DNA of 64,000 nucleotides from Limnothrix sp. BL-A-16 (GCA_041937175.2 CP166615.1:1728001-1792000), one strand, 5' to 3'. Shown: positions 16,617 through 26,459, counted from the first letter of the stretch. The notes: generated by a model not told the origin, from the letters alone. Numbers and translations: made by a program.

Positions 16617-16732
16617 CGATTCCGCCGCGCCTACCAACTAGCCGCGCCCGCAAACAAGGCTTGCCCCTTCGGTGGGACAGACAAGGGGTTTGAACCCCTT
16701 GCCCCCTCGATGGGATTGCTGGGGGTTGTCAA

Positions 16733-16768
16733 ATCAATTTTTTTTGAATTCATCAAGTTTTTTTGAAC
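16733..16768 (+). promoter_or_regulatory. ArsR operator: two 17-bp direct repeats
   Basis: ATCAATTTTTTTTGAAT (16733-16749) and ATCAAGTTTTTTTGAAC (16752-16768) resemble the ATCAAGTTTTTTTGATG ArsR boxes I recall for Synechocystis arsBHC. Confidence 0.75.
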
Positions 16769-16830
16769 TATTCCTGGCACAATGGAGGCGATCGGGGCAA
16801 TCGGTGCGCATTGCCCGATCGCGAGGTGCT

Positions 16831-17970
16831 ATGACCATCAACCCCAGTGCCAAGGCCCCGAAAGTGGGCGGCCAACTCAGTTTTTTTGAACGCTATCTGA
16901 CCGTTTGGGTGCTGGTTTGCATCGGGGTCGGCATTCTGTTGGGGCGGTTGTTTCCCGATGTGGCGATCGCCCTGGATGCCTGGACGGTGCATCAGGTGTC
17001 AATCCCGATCGCGGTCTGCCTGTTTTTCATGATGTATCCCATCATGGTGAAAATCGATTTCACCCAAGCCAAACGGGCCATGCGATCGCCCAAGCCGGTA
17101 TTGCTGACTTTGGTTGTGAATTGGGGGATCAAACCCTTCACGATGATCGCGATCGCCCAGCTATTTTTAGGCCATTGGTTCCGCCCACTGATCCAAGGTT
17201 CCGAGTTATTGCGTGGTGAATCCATTGCTCTCGCGGATTCCTACATTGCCGGGGCAATTTTGTTAGGCATTGCGCCCTGCACGGCCATGGTGTTGATGTG
17301 GGGCTATCTCTGCTATGGCAATCAGGGCCACACCTTGGTGATGGTGGCGGTGAATTCGCTGACCATGCTGCTGCTCTATGCGCCTTTGGGGCGGTGGCTA
17401 TTGGCGGCGAATGATTTGGCGGTTCCTTGGGCCACGATCGCCCTGTCCGTGTTGATCTATGTGGGCTTGCCCTTGGCAGCGGGCATCTACACACGCCACT
17501 GGATTTTTAAATACAAGGGAGCCGATTGGTTTGAGCAAAAATTTTTGCACTACCTCAGCCCGATCGCCACTTCAGCATTGCTCTTAACCCTGATTTTGCT
17601 CTTTGCCTTTAAGGGAGAGTTAATCGTTAACAATCCGCTGCATATTTTCCTAATTGCCGTGCCGTTACTGATTCAAACCCTGGCAATTTTTGGGATCACC
17701 TATGCCTTAGCGAAACCCCTGAAATTGGTCTATGAAGATGCGGCTCCGGCGGCTTTAATTGGCGCGAGCAATCATTTTGAAGTGGCGATCGCCACGGCGG
17801 TGATGTTGTTTGGGTTGAATTCGGGGGCGGCCCTGGCGACGGTGGTGGGCGTGTTGATTGAAGTGCCGGTGATGTTGTTGCTGGTGGAATGCTGTCGGCG
17901 CACGGCCCACTGGTTCCCCCGATCGCCCGAAAAAGCCACCTTGCTCGATCCCCGTTGTGCGCGTCTTTAA
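16831..17970 (+). CDS. acr3: ACR3-family arsenite efflux transporter
   Basis: SFFERYLTVWV, MMYPIMVKIDF, GIAPCTAMVL, GASNHFEVAIA, GVLIEVPVML. Confidence 0.95.
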   Translation: MTINPSAKAPKVGGQLSFFERYLTVWVLVCIGVGILLGRLFPDVAIALDAWTVHQVSIPIAVCLFFMMYPIMVKIDFTQAKRAMRSPKPVLLTLVVNWGIKPFTMIAIAQLFLGHWFRPLIQGSELLRGESIALADSYIAGAILLGIAPCTAMVLMWGYLCYGNQGHTLVMVAVNSLTMLLLYAPLGRWLLAANDLAVPWATIALSVLIYVGLPLAAGIYTRHWIFKYKGADWFEQKFLHYLSPIATSALLLTLILLFAFKGELIVNNPLHIFLIAVPLLIQTLAIFGITYALAKPLKLVYEDAAPAALIGASNHFEVAIATAVMLFGLNSGAALATVVGVLIEVPVMLLLVECCRRTAHWFPRSPEKATLLDPRCARL

Positions 17971-18029
17971 GTTGTGTGTGTCTTTAAGTTGTTGAGCTTG
18001 GTGCCTTTTGAGATTGGGAGGGCAATGGA

Positions 18030-18446
18030 ATGAAATCGGTGATGTTTGTTTGTCGGCGCAATTCTTGTCGATCGCAGATGGCGGAAGGCTGGGCGAAAAC
18101 CCTGGGGGCGGGCAAAATTCGGGTGGTGAGTTCCGGTCTCGAAGCCAGCCGGGTGCATCCCACGGCGATCGCGGTGATGGCCGAAGCGGGAATTGAGATC
18201 AGCGACCAAACCTCCAACGCCCTGGCGGAGTTCTCGCCGGAGGACTTTGATGGGGTGATTTCCCTCTGTGGCTGTGGGGTGAATTTGCCGGAAGCCTGGG
18301 TGCTGCGGGAACGGTTTGAGGATTGGCAACTGGACGATCCCGATGGCCAACCGATCGAGGTGTTTCGGCGGGTGCGCGACGAAATTCGCGATCGCGTCAC
18401 GGCCTTGATCGATCAGATCAGCCAGATTAGCCAAATCAGCCCTTAA
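18030..18446 (+). CDS. arsC: Arsenate reductase (LMW-PTPase fold, cyanobacterial type)
   Basis: FVCRRNSCRSQMAEG, SLCGCG, EDWQLDDPDG. Confidence 0.93.
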   Translation: MKSVMFVCRRNSCRSQMAEGWAKTLGAGKIRVVSSGLEASRVHPTAIAVMAEAGIEISDQTSNALAEFSPEDFDGVISLCGCGVNLPEAWVLRERFEDWQLDDPDGQPIEVFRRVRDEIRDRVTALIDQISQISQISP

Positions 18447-19495
18447 TTCAGTGGCACTAAGGCTTCAACCGCCGCCACCAAGCGCGATCGCACCGTGGGC
18501 AAGTCGGCGGCCGGATCCGTGAGCGAAATGACCGATCGGGCTGTTCCCAGCAGCATGGCGTTGAAACCGCCCGCATCGCCGGAGCCGCGAAAATCCGTGC
18601 GCAGCGCCACGATCGGCAACTGACGCGCGAACGCATAGCCACATTCCCAACAGGTTCCCGAATCCGCATCGGCCCCGTCCAACACGGCAATCACGGCGTT
18701 TGCCTGATCCAGCCCCGATCGACAGCGTTCAAAAATCGCTTGCGGATCACTGAGGCCCGCACATTCCGCCTGGGGCAAGAAAACGGCATAGCCCAAGATT
18801 TGTAGTTCCTCGGCCAGGGTTTGGTTTAGCCAGCGTTCTCCCAAGGAAAACAGTGGCCCAGCCCAATAAAGCCGCAAGGGGCGATCGGCCCTTGGGGCGG
18901 CCAAATGGGCGCGGCCGGTTTGCAAAATGGCGTGAAACGGCTCCATCAGGGTTGGCGGCATGGGCCCCAGGGCAGTCACCACCTGTTCAGCCCAGTCGAA
19001 ATAGGCCTGGCGACGGGTGATCGACCAGCGTTCCGGCGGCGACTGATCCACATCCCGCAAGTTGCAAATTTTGTCCGCCAGCTTCACCAGCTTGGCCCGA
19101 TCGCTCAAGGTGGGTGCATGGTCAATTTGCAACTGCTTTCGCTCGGACTGGGGCAATCGCTTATCGTCCGTTACTTCTTGCACCAGGGCGGCAATTTCGG
19201 GGCCAAAGTGGGCGACCAATTCGGCGGCGGTGGTGTCTGTGTCCTCGATCGTGTCGTGGAGCAGGGCTGCCGCCAACACTTGAGGATCTGTGATTTGGGC
19301 CTCATGCACCAGCGCCCGCAACAGGGCGATCGGGTGGTTGATATAGGGCGATCGCTCTCGATCCTTGCGCCGTTGGTGGCGATGCTTTTCCGCTGCAAAG
19401 GCCAAGGCCCGCGCTAACAAATCCAGTTGGGGCCAACCATTGGGGAAATCGATCGGGCGATGGCTTTCCGATTCAGTGATCGGCTGAGGATCCAT
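18443..19495 (-). CDS. Fusion: Mesh1-like RelA/SpoT HD hydrolase + nucleoside 2-deoxyribosyltransferase-like domain
   Basis: N-half KHRHQRRKD...PYINHP...LLHDTIEDT...VTDDK...KLADKICNLRD; C-half LYWAGPLFS...FLPQ...DGADADSGTCWECGYA...RTDFR. Confidence 0.85.
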   Translation of the reverse strand: MDPQPITESESHRPIDFPNGWPQLDLLARALAFAAEKHRHQRRKDRERSPYINHPIALLRALVHEAQITDPQVLAAALLHDTIEDTDTTAAELVAHFGPEIAALVQEVTDDKRLPQSERKQLQIDHAPTLSDRAKLVKLADKICNLRDVDQSPPERWSITRRQAYFDWAEQVVTALGPMPPTLMEPFHAILQTGRAHLAAPRADRPLRLYWAGPLFSLGERWLNQTLAEELQILGYAVFLPQAECAGLSDPQAIFERCRSGLDQANAVIAVLDGADADSGTCWECGYAFARQLPIVALRTDFRGSGDAGGFNAMLLGTARSVISLTDPAADLPTVRSRLVAAVEALVPLN

Positions 19496-19519
19496 AGAAC
19501 TAAGGACAAAAAACAGCGG

Positions 19520-20236
19520 TTAAACAGTGGGTGCAGCCGAAAGCGGGAGCACCTCATCCCCCAAGTGCGATCGCAACAGTTGCCAAAGTCGTCGATCGGT
19601 GAAGTTTTCAATCACCAACGAGGCCCCGGCTTGGGTCAGTTCCTCTGGCGCGTGGGTGGTGCTCAGACCCACGGTGAAAATCCCTGCCGCCACCGCCGAT
19701 CGCACCCCGGGGGGTGAATCCTCAAAGGCGATCGCCCCACTGGCCAGCAGGTTCAGCCGTTCCAGCCCCAACCGGTAGGGCGCGGGATCCGGTTTGCCGG
19801 GGGGTGCTTCTTCCGCCAGCACCACCGTTGCGAACCGTTCCCGCAGCCCCAAAGCCGTCAGCATATGGATCGCATTGTCCTTGGGCGCATTGGTCACCAC
19901 CGCCATCGGCAGATTGCAAGGTTCCAGGGTTTTCAGCAGCAAGGGCAACCCCAGCACCGGTTCCAGGTCGGGGGCTAACTGCCGAAATAGCGCTTCCTTG
20001 CGATCGCTCAGGGCTGCTCCCTCGGCCACGGAATAGCTGGGCAACAAATCCACCACAATTTGGGCATTGGTGCGGCCGCTGATGATTTGTTCATAAATCG
20101 TGGGCGTAAGGTCATAGCCCACTTCCGCCAAAACCAGTTCCCAAGCTCGGTAATGCAAGGGATTGGTTTCAGTTAAAGTGCCATCCAAATCGAATAGCAA
20201 GCCGAAGGAATTGGGCAACGAATCAGCGGACAACAT
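19520..20236 (-). CDS. HAD-IA family phosphatase
   Basis: LFDLDGTL, VVTN, GKPDP, AFEDSPPGVRSA. Confidence 0.92.
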   Translation of the reverse strand: MLSADSLPNSFGLLFDLDGTLTETNPLHYRAWELVLAEVGYDLTPTIYEQIISGRTNAQIVVDLLPSYSVAEGAALSDRKEALFRQLAPDLEPVLGLPLLLKTLEPCNLPMAVVTNAPKDNAIHMLTALGLRERFATVVLAEEAPPGKPDPAPYRLGLERLNLLASGAIAFEDSPPGVRSAVAAGIFTVGLSTTHAPEELTQAGASLVIENFTDRRLWQLLRSHLGDEVLPLSAAPTV

Positions 20237-20333
20237 GGCAAACGCAAGGGGAGAAGGGGAAGGAGATGTTATGCAAGTCGATCAATGCAAACCAATTGAT
20301 TGAATTTGATTGATTGAATTTGATCGATCAACC

Positions 20334-20434
20334 ATCGATCGAATCTATGAGTTGGTGTTTGATTTTTGATCGATCGAATCCATAAGTTGGTGTTTGATTT
20401 TTGATCGATTAAATCCATGAGTTAGTGCTTGATC
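20334..20434. repeat. Three ~35-bp tandem repeats
   Basis: ATCGATCGAATCTATGAGTTGGTGTTTGATTTTTG-like units starting at 20334, 20369 and 20404, with no spacers. Confidence 0.8.
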
Positions 20435-20494
20435 GCGAACGCTTGATCAATCGTGAATGCTTGATCCTCAGTTTCGCAATTCACTCATCGGTCA

Positions 20495-20854
20495 TTAGCC
20501 GCCACTACGTTTGGCCTTATAGCCCTGCTCCACCAGCAACGCCACCAGTCGATCGGCATAGTCCCCTTGAATCTCAAGGTTGTTGTCCTTGACTGTGCCG
20601 CCGGTTCCGCAGCGATTTTTCAGAGTTTTCAGCAGGGCCTGCAACGTCTCGGGCTTGTGCTGAAAGCCGCTGATGACCGTGACGGTTTTGCCGCCGCGGC
20701 CTTTACGGGACAGTTGCACTTTCAGGTTTTGTTGGTTGGGCGGCAGGTCAGGAACCGCCCGGGCGATCGCGTCTGGATTCACCGCATCGCCAAATTCCGA
20801 ATAGACCACACGGCGATCGGGGCGATCGTCAGCAGCACGGCGGGGACTCGGCAT
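20495..20854 (-). CDS. yciH: SUI1/YciH translation initiation factor
   Basis: SRKGRGGKTVTVI...LKNRCGTGGTVKD..LEIQGD. Confidence 0.93.
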   Translation of the reverse strand: MPSPRRAADDRPDRRVVYSEFGDAVNPDAIARAVPDLPPNQQNLKVQLSRKGRGGKTVTVISGFQHKPETLQALLKTLKNRCGTGGTVKDNNLEIQGDYADRLVALLVEQGYKAKRSGG

Positions 20855-20954
20855 TGGTAGCAACCATTCCTTTGCAGTTGGGATTCGTACATTATGATGA
20901 AACGACGTTAATCCATGCGGGTTTCATGGCCCTGAGTCGGGGTTTAGCGCCATT

Positions 20955-21127
20955 AGACCTCCTGCATCAATCAAGACCCTCACCCTAAATCCCTCTCCCA
21001 AGTCGGGAGAGGGACTTGATCACCAGCCACGAGATCGCTGTAACGCAATGGTTCTGGCTCCCCTTCGCCCCCCTTGGGAGAAGGGGTTGGGGGATGAGGG
21101 CTTCTAGCCGATTCGCGCAAGAGGTCT
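20955..21127. mobile_element. MITE family A, copy 1 (173 bp)
   Basis: Ends AGACCTCCTGCATCAAT / ATTCGCGCAAGAGGTCT resemble the IS5 TIRs; ATT duplication; internal hairpins such as TCCCTCTCCCAAGTCGGGAGAGGGA. Confidence 0.88.
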
Positions 21128-21187
21128 ATTGCCCCGCCGCCGGCCCTGGCCCGCAGGTCGATCGCCCGTTTCGCCCGGAGGAGTTGC

Positions 21188-21631
21188 GTGAACGCCGCCG
21201 AACGTGCCCACTCGATCGCCCTAGCCAGCCAAATCGCGGCTGCGGTGAATTTGTTTCGCATCGCTTTTCCCGATGTGCGCGTGGATCTGAAACCTTGGCT
21301 CAATGATGCAGAAACCCGCGCCACCGTTGATCCTGATTCGATCGACATTGGGTTTCACTTTCCGGGTTACAGCCGCGCCTGTGCCTGCCGCAGTTTGCTG
21401 GTGCAAGTGCGCTTTTTTGCGGATCCGGTGGAAGACACCCAACGGGCGATCGGTGTGGAGGTGGCGGGCTACGACCATCGAGGGCAACAGTGGCGCTTTT
21501 CCACGATCGAGGCCTGGCAGTTTGAGGGCGACAGCCAACCCCGCGCCGAACCGGCCGATCGAATTAAGCATTACTGCCGCGAGGTGATGGAACTGTTCAA
21601 CGGGCGATCGAGCAGCGATTCGGCTGCCTAA
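21188..21631 (+). CDS. Hypothetical protein, probably conserved in cyanobacteria
   Basis: 147-aa ORF with globular composition (DLKPW...DPDSIDIGFHFPG). Confidence 0.7.
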   Translation: MNAAERAHSIALASQIAAAVNLFRIAFPDVRVDLKPWLNDAETRATVDPDSIDIGFHFPGYSRACACRSLLVQVRFFADPVEDTQRAIGVEVAGYDHRGQQWRFSTIEAWQFEGDSQPRAEPADRIKHYCREVMELFNGRSSSDSAA

Positions 21632-21720
21632 GTATGGCTCGATCGTATGGCTCGATCGCGCCAACTCAGGTGCAGCCAGTCGAACCGGGAGACGCGAGTA
21701 AATTACGAGCGTAAATTACC

Positions 21721-22383
21721 TTACTCCTGTCCCCAACCATTAGGATTCAGGGTGTTATAGCCACTGATCAGTTTCTTTTGCCCCTTCAACTGATAATAAT
21801 CATCTTCGTAGATTGAGAACATGCAAAGGTCGATCGGGGTCACTTCCGAAGCATTAATCGACCCGATCGCCCCGCTGGCTTCCAAGGCCGCCGCTGCCAA
21901 TTCTGAACAGAAGAACCGTGAAAAATCTTCCGCATTACGGGTTAATTTCCCGGGAATGGGTAAATTGCTGGGCAAATCAAAGGCGGAGCGAATTGCCTGG
22001 GCAATGTCGTAGGAACGGTGCTCGTTATGGAGCAAAAAATTATAAAAAGCCCGTAAGTCCATGCGATCGCGCACATCCTGTCTGAGGGGCAACCACCACA
22101 TATCCCCTGGATAAAACTTCACCCGATCGCTCAACCGATTGGCAATGACCCCGGCTCTCGTGCCGCTGGCCACGGTGGACTCCATCACCTGATTAAAGAA
22201 TCCCTCTTGGGCCTCTCCATAGATAAAAAGTTTGGTTTGAAAAACAATGCCAATGTGGGTGATGTTCGATCGCGTCGCCATCTTAATCAACGATGAAAAT
22301 CCCACATTGCTCGAAAACGCAACAATATCGCCGGGATTCATGGCTTTCCGAACTGATTCGTAGGGGGCAGATTTCCAGGGCAT
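21721..22383 (-). CDS. Permuted papain-like amidase (YiiX/YebB-type NlpC/P60)
   Basis: PGDIV...THIGIV (His first), YD, FFCSELAA (Cys last). Confidence 0.78.
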   Translation of the reverse strand: MPWKSAPYESVRKAMNPGDIVAFSSNVGFSSLIKMATRSNITHIGIVFQTKLFIYGEAQEGFFNQVMESTVASGTRAGVIANRLSDRVKFYPGDMWWLPLRQDVRDRMDLRAFYNFLLHNEHRSYDIAQAIRSAFDLPSNLPIPGKLTRNAEDFSRFFCSELAAAALEASGAIGSINASEVTPIDLCMFSIYEDDYYQLKGQKKLISGYNTLNPNGWGQE

Positions 22384-22665
22384 GAAACCTCTCCAAAGTT
22401 TTTGCTGAGATTGAATGAAATAGATAGATGGGAAAATTAGACAGTCGGGAGCCGCCAAAAAAAGGCTAAGGGTGTGTTCTCATATAGCCTATGATGTGCA
22501 TCCCATAGTTGGCGAATCCCTGAGCAGATCATGGGTAGCGTAGCCAGTCGCTCAATCGGTAGCGTAGTCAGTCGCTCAAACAAATTTTGAATGCATAATC
22601 CCAGGCGATCGCATTCTTTCGCGTCCTTGGCCCACGTCCTTGGCACAGTCGTTCCCTAACCCCCT

Positions 22666-23964
22666 ATGGCAGCCTGCTACGAACAACACGATTGGATCAT
22701 TTTGGGCGGAACTGCGGCCGGACGGCTGGCGGCCCAACAGGCGACCCGATCGGGGTTGCGGGTGGCGCTGATTGAGCCGTTGGAGCCGGAAACGCGCCCT
22801 TGGGCTGAGTTGCTGGTGAGCCAAGGGGCGGCCCTGGCGGCCGGAACGATCGATTGGCGATCGCTGCAACGCCAGGCCCAATGGCACGATCGCCTCTGGG
22901 GCGATCAACGGGCTGCCTTGGCGGCGGGTGGGGTGGACTGCCTGGTGGGCGATGGGTTGCTGATGCGACACCGGAACCAGTGGCGGGTGCAATTGGGCGA
23001 TCGCCTGCTGGCGGGGCGGCGTTGCCTGTTGGCGTTGCCGGGCCGATCGACCGTGCCCCTATGGACAGAGCGGGCCCCCGTGGCGGCCTACACCCCGGAC
23101 ACGATCGCCCAATTGGCTCATCGGGGGGTGCGGCCCGGCGAGCGTTGGTTGGTCACCGCCGACAGTCCCATGGCGATCGAGCTGGCCCAGGTGCTCCGGG
23201 GGTTGGGGGCCCAAGTGACCTTGGCGGCGGCGGGCGATCGGGTCTTGGGAGGGTTACCGGCGGCGGCGGCCGAATGGTTGGAGGCGGAACTAGAAGCCCA
23301 GGCGATCGAGGTGATTTTGCGGGCCGCTCCCCAGCAGTGCAAAGTGTTGGAGGGACAAACCTGGATTCAAGTTGGCGATCGGGCCCGGGAAGTGGATTGC
23401 TTGCTCACGGATGGCAACTATCAAGCCCTCTTGCCCAAAGGATTTGAGCAGCTTTGTCCCCGGGCGATCGGGATTGGCGATTGGCCCGCCAATGACCGAT
23501 TGCAACTGCCCCTCGCGCCAGAACTCTATGGCTGCGGGGCCCTGCTCGGAGGCCACCCGATCGGGGCGATCGCCGCCACCGAAGCCCAACTAATCATCCG
23601 CAATAGCCTGCAAAACCCAATCCAACGCCCCCACTGCATCCGCTATGAACAGCAGCCTTGGGCCGTGCGGGGGCCGCTGCCCTTGGCATTGGTGGGCGGC
23701 GGCGAAGGGCCCAAACTGCGCACCGCAACCTTGACCCTAGCGGCCGGCCGTTGCCAAATCCAGCATGATCACCAGGGCCAATTGCAAGGGGCCCTGTTAC
23801 TCGCGCTGGGGGCGATCGAAGCGATCAGCACCGTCGCCGCCCTGATTGCCCGATCGGGAACCATTGCCGACCTGGCCCACCTGCCCGCCACCGAATCCCT
23901 GGCGATCGACCTGCTGCGGCGCACCGCTCAACAGGCCCTGATCGCCGATCGCTTCCGCCAGTAG
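22666..23964 (+). CDS. Degenerate pyridine nucleotide-disulfide oxidoreductase-like flavoprotein
   Basis: DWIILGGTAAG..AA..A...GLRVALIE, IELAQVLRGLGAQVTL, LYGCG; no CxxxxC redox pair. Confidence 0.7.
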   Translation: MAACYEQHDWIILGGTAAGRLAAQQATRSGLRVALIEPLEPETRPWAELLVSQGAALAAGTIDWRSLQRQAQWHDRLWGDQRAALAAGGVDCLVGDGLLMRHRNQWRVQLGDRLLAGRRCLLALPGRSTVPLWTERAPVAAYTPDTIAQLAHRGVRPGERWLVTADSPMAIELAQVLRGLGAQVTLAAAGDRVLGGLPAAAAEWLEAELEAQAIEVILRAAPQQCKVLEGQTWIQVGDRAREVDCLLTDGNYQALLPKGFEQLCPRAIGIGDWPANDRLQLPLAPELYGCGALLGGHPIGAIAATEAQLIIRNSLQNPIQRPHCIRYEQQPWAVRGPLPLALVGGGEGPKLRTATLTLAAGRCQIQHDHQGQLQGALLLALGAIEAISTVAALIARSGTIADLAHLPATESLAIDLLRRTAQQALIADRFRQ

Positions 23965-23969
23965 CGGGC

Positions 23970-24362
23970 CTACTCCTGTCCAGATACCAAGCTCGAGTAG
24001 GTATCCGCCGTCATCGCCCGATCTAATTCCTGCGGATCGCTCATCCGAATTTTCACCAACCAGCCATCCCCGTAGGGATCCTCATTCACCAACTCTGGAG
24101 AACTGTCCACCTCGTTATTGATTGCCACCACGTCCCCGGACACCATGGCATATAGCTCGCTGACGGCCTTCACGGACTCGATCGATCCCACCGATTCGCC
24201 GGCCTCGACTCTTTGTCCCACGGACGGCAGTTCCACAAACACCACATCGCCCAGTTGCTCGGCCGCAAAATTTGTGACCCCCATCGTGGCTTCACTGCCT
24301 TCAACCCGAACATATTCATGGGAATCGCTATATTTCAAATCATGGGGAAATTGGTTAGCCAT
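23970..24362 (-). CDS. gcvH: Glycine cleavage system H protein
   Basis: YSDSHEY, LGDVVFVELP, lipoyl site IESVKAVSE, NEDPYGDGWL. Confidence 0.97.
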   Translation of the reverse strand: MANQFPHDLKYSDSHEYVRVEGSEATMGVTNFAAEQLGDVVFVELPSVGQRVEAGESVGSIESVKAVSELYAMVSGDVVAINNEVDSSPELVNEDPYGDGWLVKIRMSDPQELDRAMTADTYSSLVSGQE

Positions 24363-24501
24363 TGCTTTGCCATTCCTTGGGATCGTTGGAACTAAAGACT
24401 AAAAATTGCGAATTGCGACCTTGATGGGCCATGAGCCACCGGTCACGAACTGAATGATGAATGACTGAATCGCACGTGAGCGATCGTAAATCGCCCTTGG
24501 C

Positions 24502-24945
24502 CTATTGCACGGGCCCGGCGATCGACTGCAACACAGACACCAACTCCGGCGGCCAGCGACGCATCACCCGCCCCGTTGTTCGATCGACCGGTACTAGGGT
24601 GACACAGGCCGTGGCATAACATTCCCCCGTTGCCGCCGATTCCACTTGGTAGTCAAACATCAAGCGGACTCCCTCGATCGGCTCCAGGGCCACCTTCACC
24701 ACCACCGCTTCGCCCATCCGCGCCGGGCGGTGATATTGAATCCCCAGGTCAACTACCGGCAGCTCGCAGCCCATCTCCACCAGTTGCTCATAGGCCAACC
24801 CACGCGATCGTAAATATTCCACCCGCGCCGACTCCATCCAAGACAGATAAGTGCCGTGCCACACCACCCCGGCATAGTCCGTGTGATGGGGCTGAACCCG
24901 CGCCGGGTAAGCAAAACCCTGAAAATCCGTTGAATTTTGAGTCAT
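24502..24945 (-). CDS. Acyl-CoA thioesterase (YbgC/4HBT family)
   Basis: RVQPHHTDYAGVVWHGTYLSWMESARVE; start at 24945 or 24978. Confidence 0.88.
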   Translation of the reverse strand: MTQNSTDFQGFAYPARVQPHHTDYAGVVWHGTYLSWMESARVEYLRSRGLAYEQLVEMGCELPVVDLGIQYHRPARMGEAVVVKVALEPIEGVRLMFDYQVESAATGECYATACVTLVPVDRTTGRVMRRWPPELVSVLQSIAGPVQ

Positions 24946-25616
24946 CGGAGCTGAGGAGGCAGTTACAGAGGCATTCATAGCGCACATTGCAAAACACATT
25001 GCAAAATTGCAGAAGGATTTAATCGGCCAAGGTTCGGGCCGGGCCAATCCCCTTTGTTTGGTCAAACCGCCGATCTCAGGGGGCGATCGAACCGGCGATC
25101 GCATGGATTAAACCAGGATTAAACCAGCGATCGTCATTGGGTCCGAGGTCATTCAGAACGCAATCCTCTGATTAACAAATTAAGCGCATGGCCCTCAGAC
25201 CCACCACCCCCATTTAACACCTCCAGACCCGATCCCGTTGTAATTCTTTAAGGTTTTAATTTTTCCAGCAATTCTTGAAAAATGTAACTATTACAAGGGG
25301 TTCTGGCGGCAACTCAGGAATTCGGTGGTAGGCTTTAAATGAACTGTTGAAGTCTGTTGAATCAGCTCATCAACGGTCAGCAAGTGGTGTGCCTACTGTG
25401 TTTGTGCCACCCCTGACTCGGTTGATTCACACCGTAAAGAGACATCCTTAAAATAATACCAATCCTAACCAATACCAATTTCGGGATATTCGCCAAATAT
25501 CCAATTGGTTAGTATTAGGTTGGTATTAGCAGCTTATCGATCTCTTTTGGGTTCAATTTCAACGTTGTTCTTGAGTAGTTCTTGATCGGTCTAGCAACGC
25601 GACTCCTTCAGAAGCC

Positions 25617-26459
25617 ATGATTAAAAAAATCTTGTTCGCTGACTCGGGCACGGGACAGTCAGAAGAAATGCTGAAATTTCTGATGGAGATCCCCGCGATC
25701 AAAGATGCCCATGTCACCATCTTGCATGTGGTTCCTGGTCGGATTGGGTCTGACCAAATGACCGAAAAGCTAGAAGCGGGTGGCAAGATGCTGGCCAAGG
25801 CGATCGAGTTCTTGGGCTTACCACCGGAGCAAGTGTCACCCATGTTGCAGCAGGGTGAACCCAAAGATTTGGTGCTGCGGGTGGCGGACAGTGTGGACGC
25901 AGACTTGATCGTGATGGGATCGCGGGGTCTGAAGCGGCTGCAATCGATCCTGGAAAACTCGGTGAGTCAGTATGTTTTCCAATTGTCGGGGCGGCCGATG
26001 TTGTTGGTGAAGGATGATATCTACGTCAAGCGGATTAACCGCGTGATGGTGGCGATCGACAAGTCCGATGCCTCTAAGCAAGCGCTGCAATTGGGACTGT
26101 TTTTGACGCGGGATATCAAGGGTAGCCAATTGATCTTGACCCACGTGGATGCTAAGCGGAAGCCGGATGAGGTGATCAGCGGCGAGAGCGATGAGGTGCT
26201 GGCTGGGGCGATCGCGGAAGCGAAGAAGTTTGGGGTTGGCTACAAGGCCATTTCCGCCGGGGGGCGGGCTGGGGAAACCATCTGTCGCCTAGCGGATGAT
26301 AACAACGCGGATCTGTTGCTGTTGGGGTCGCCCGATCGCCGGCCGTCGGTGGCGAAGGGGCTGCCGGATCTCGATCGCCTGTTGGGATCGTCTCTGTCGG
26401 ACTATGTGCGGGTTTATGCCAACTGTCCGGTGTTGCTGACGCGGATTCCGAGTGCGTAA
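25617..26459 (+). CDS. Tandem-domain universal stress protein
   Basis: KKILFAD, DLIVMGSRG...SVSQYV, second USP domain ending GSSLSDYVRVYANCPVLL. Confidence 0.93.
   Translation: MIKKILFADSGTGQSEEMLKFLMEIPAIKDAHVTILHVVPGRIGSDQMTEKLEAGGKMLAKAIEFLGLPPEQVSPMLQQGEPKDLVLRVADSVDADLIVMGSRGLKRLQSILENSVSQYVFQLSGRPMLLVKDDIYVKRINRVMVAIDKSDASKQALQLGLFLTRDIKGSQLILTHVDAKRKPDEVISGESDEVLAGAIAEAKKFGVGYKAISAGGRAGETICRLADDNNADLLLLGSPDRRPSVAKGLPDLDRLLGSSLSDYVRVYANCPVLLTRIPSA

Noticed and set aside
20334..20434. 35-bp repeats as a CRISPR array
   Set aside because: Units are contiguous with no unique spacers, and no cas genes are in the window
20980..21348. ORFs overlapping MITE A copy 1
   Set aside because: Translations run through the non-coding repeat (PHPPTPSPKGGEGE-type), so they are spurious
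22666..23964. Calling this merA or lpdA
   Set aside because: Catalytic cysteine pair and C-terminal motifs are missing
25283..25295. TGTAACTATTACA as an NtcA site
   Set aside because: Spacing is GTA-N5-TAC rather than GTA-N8-TAC
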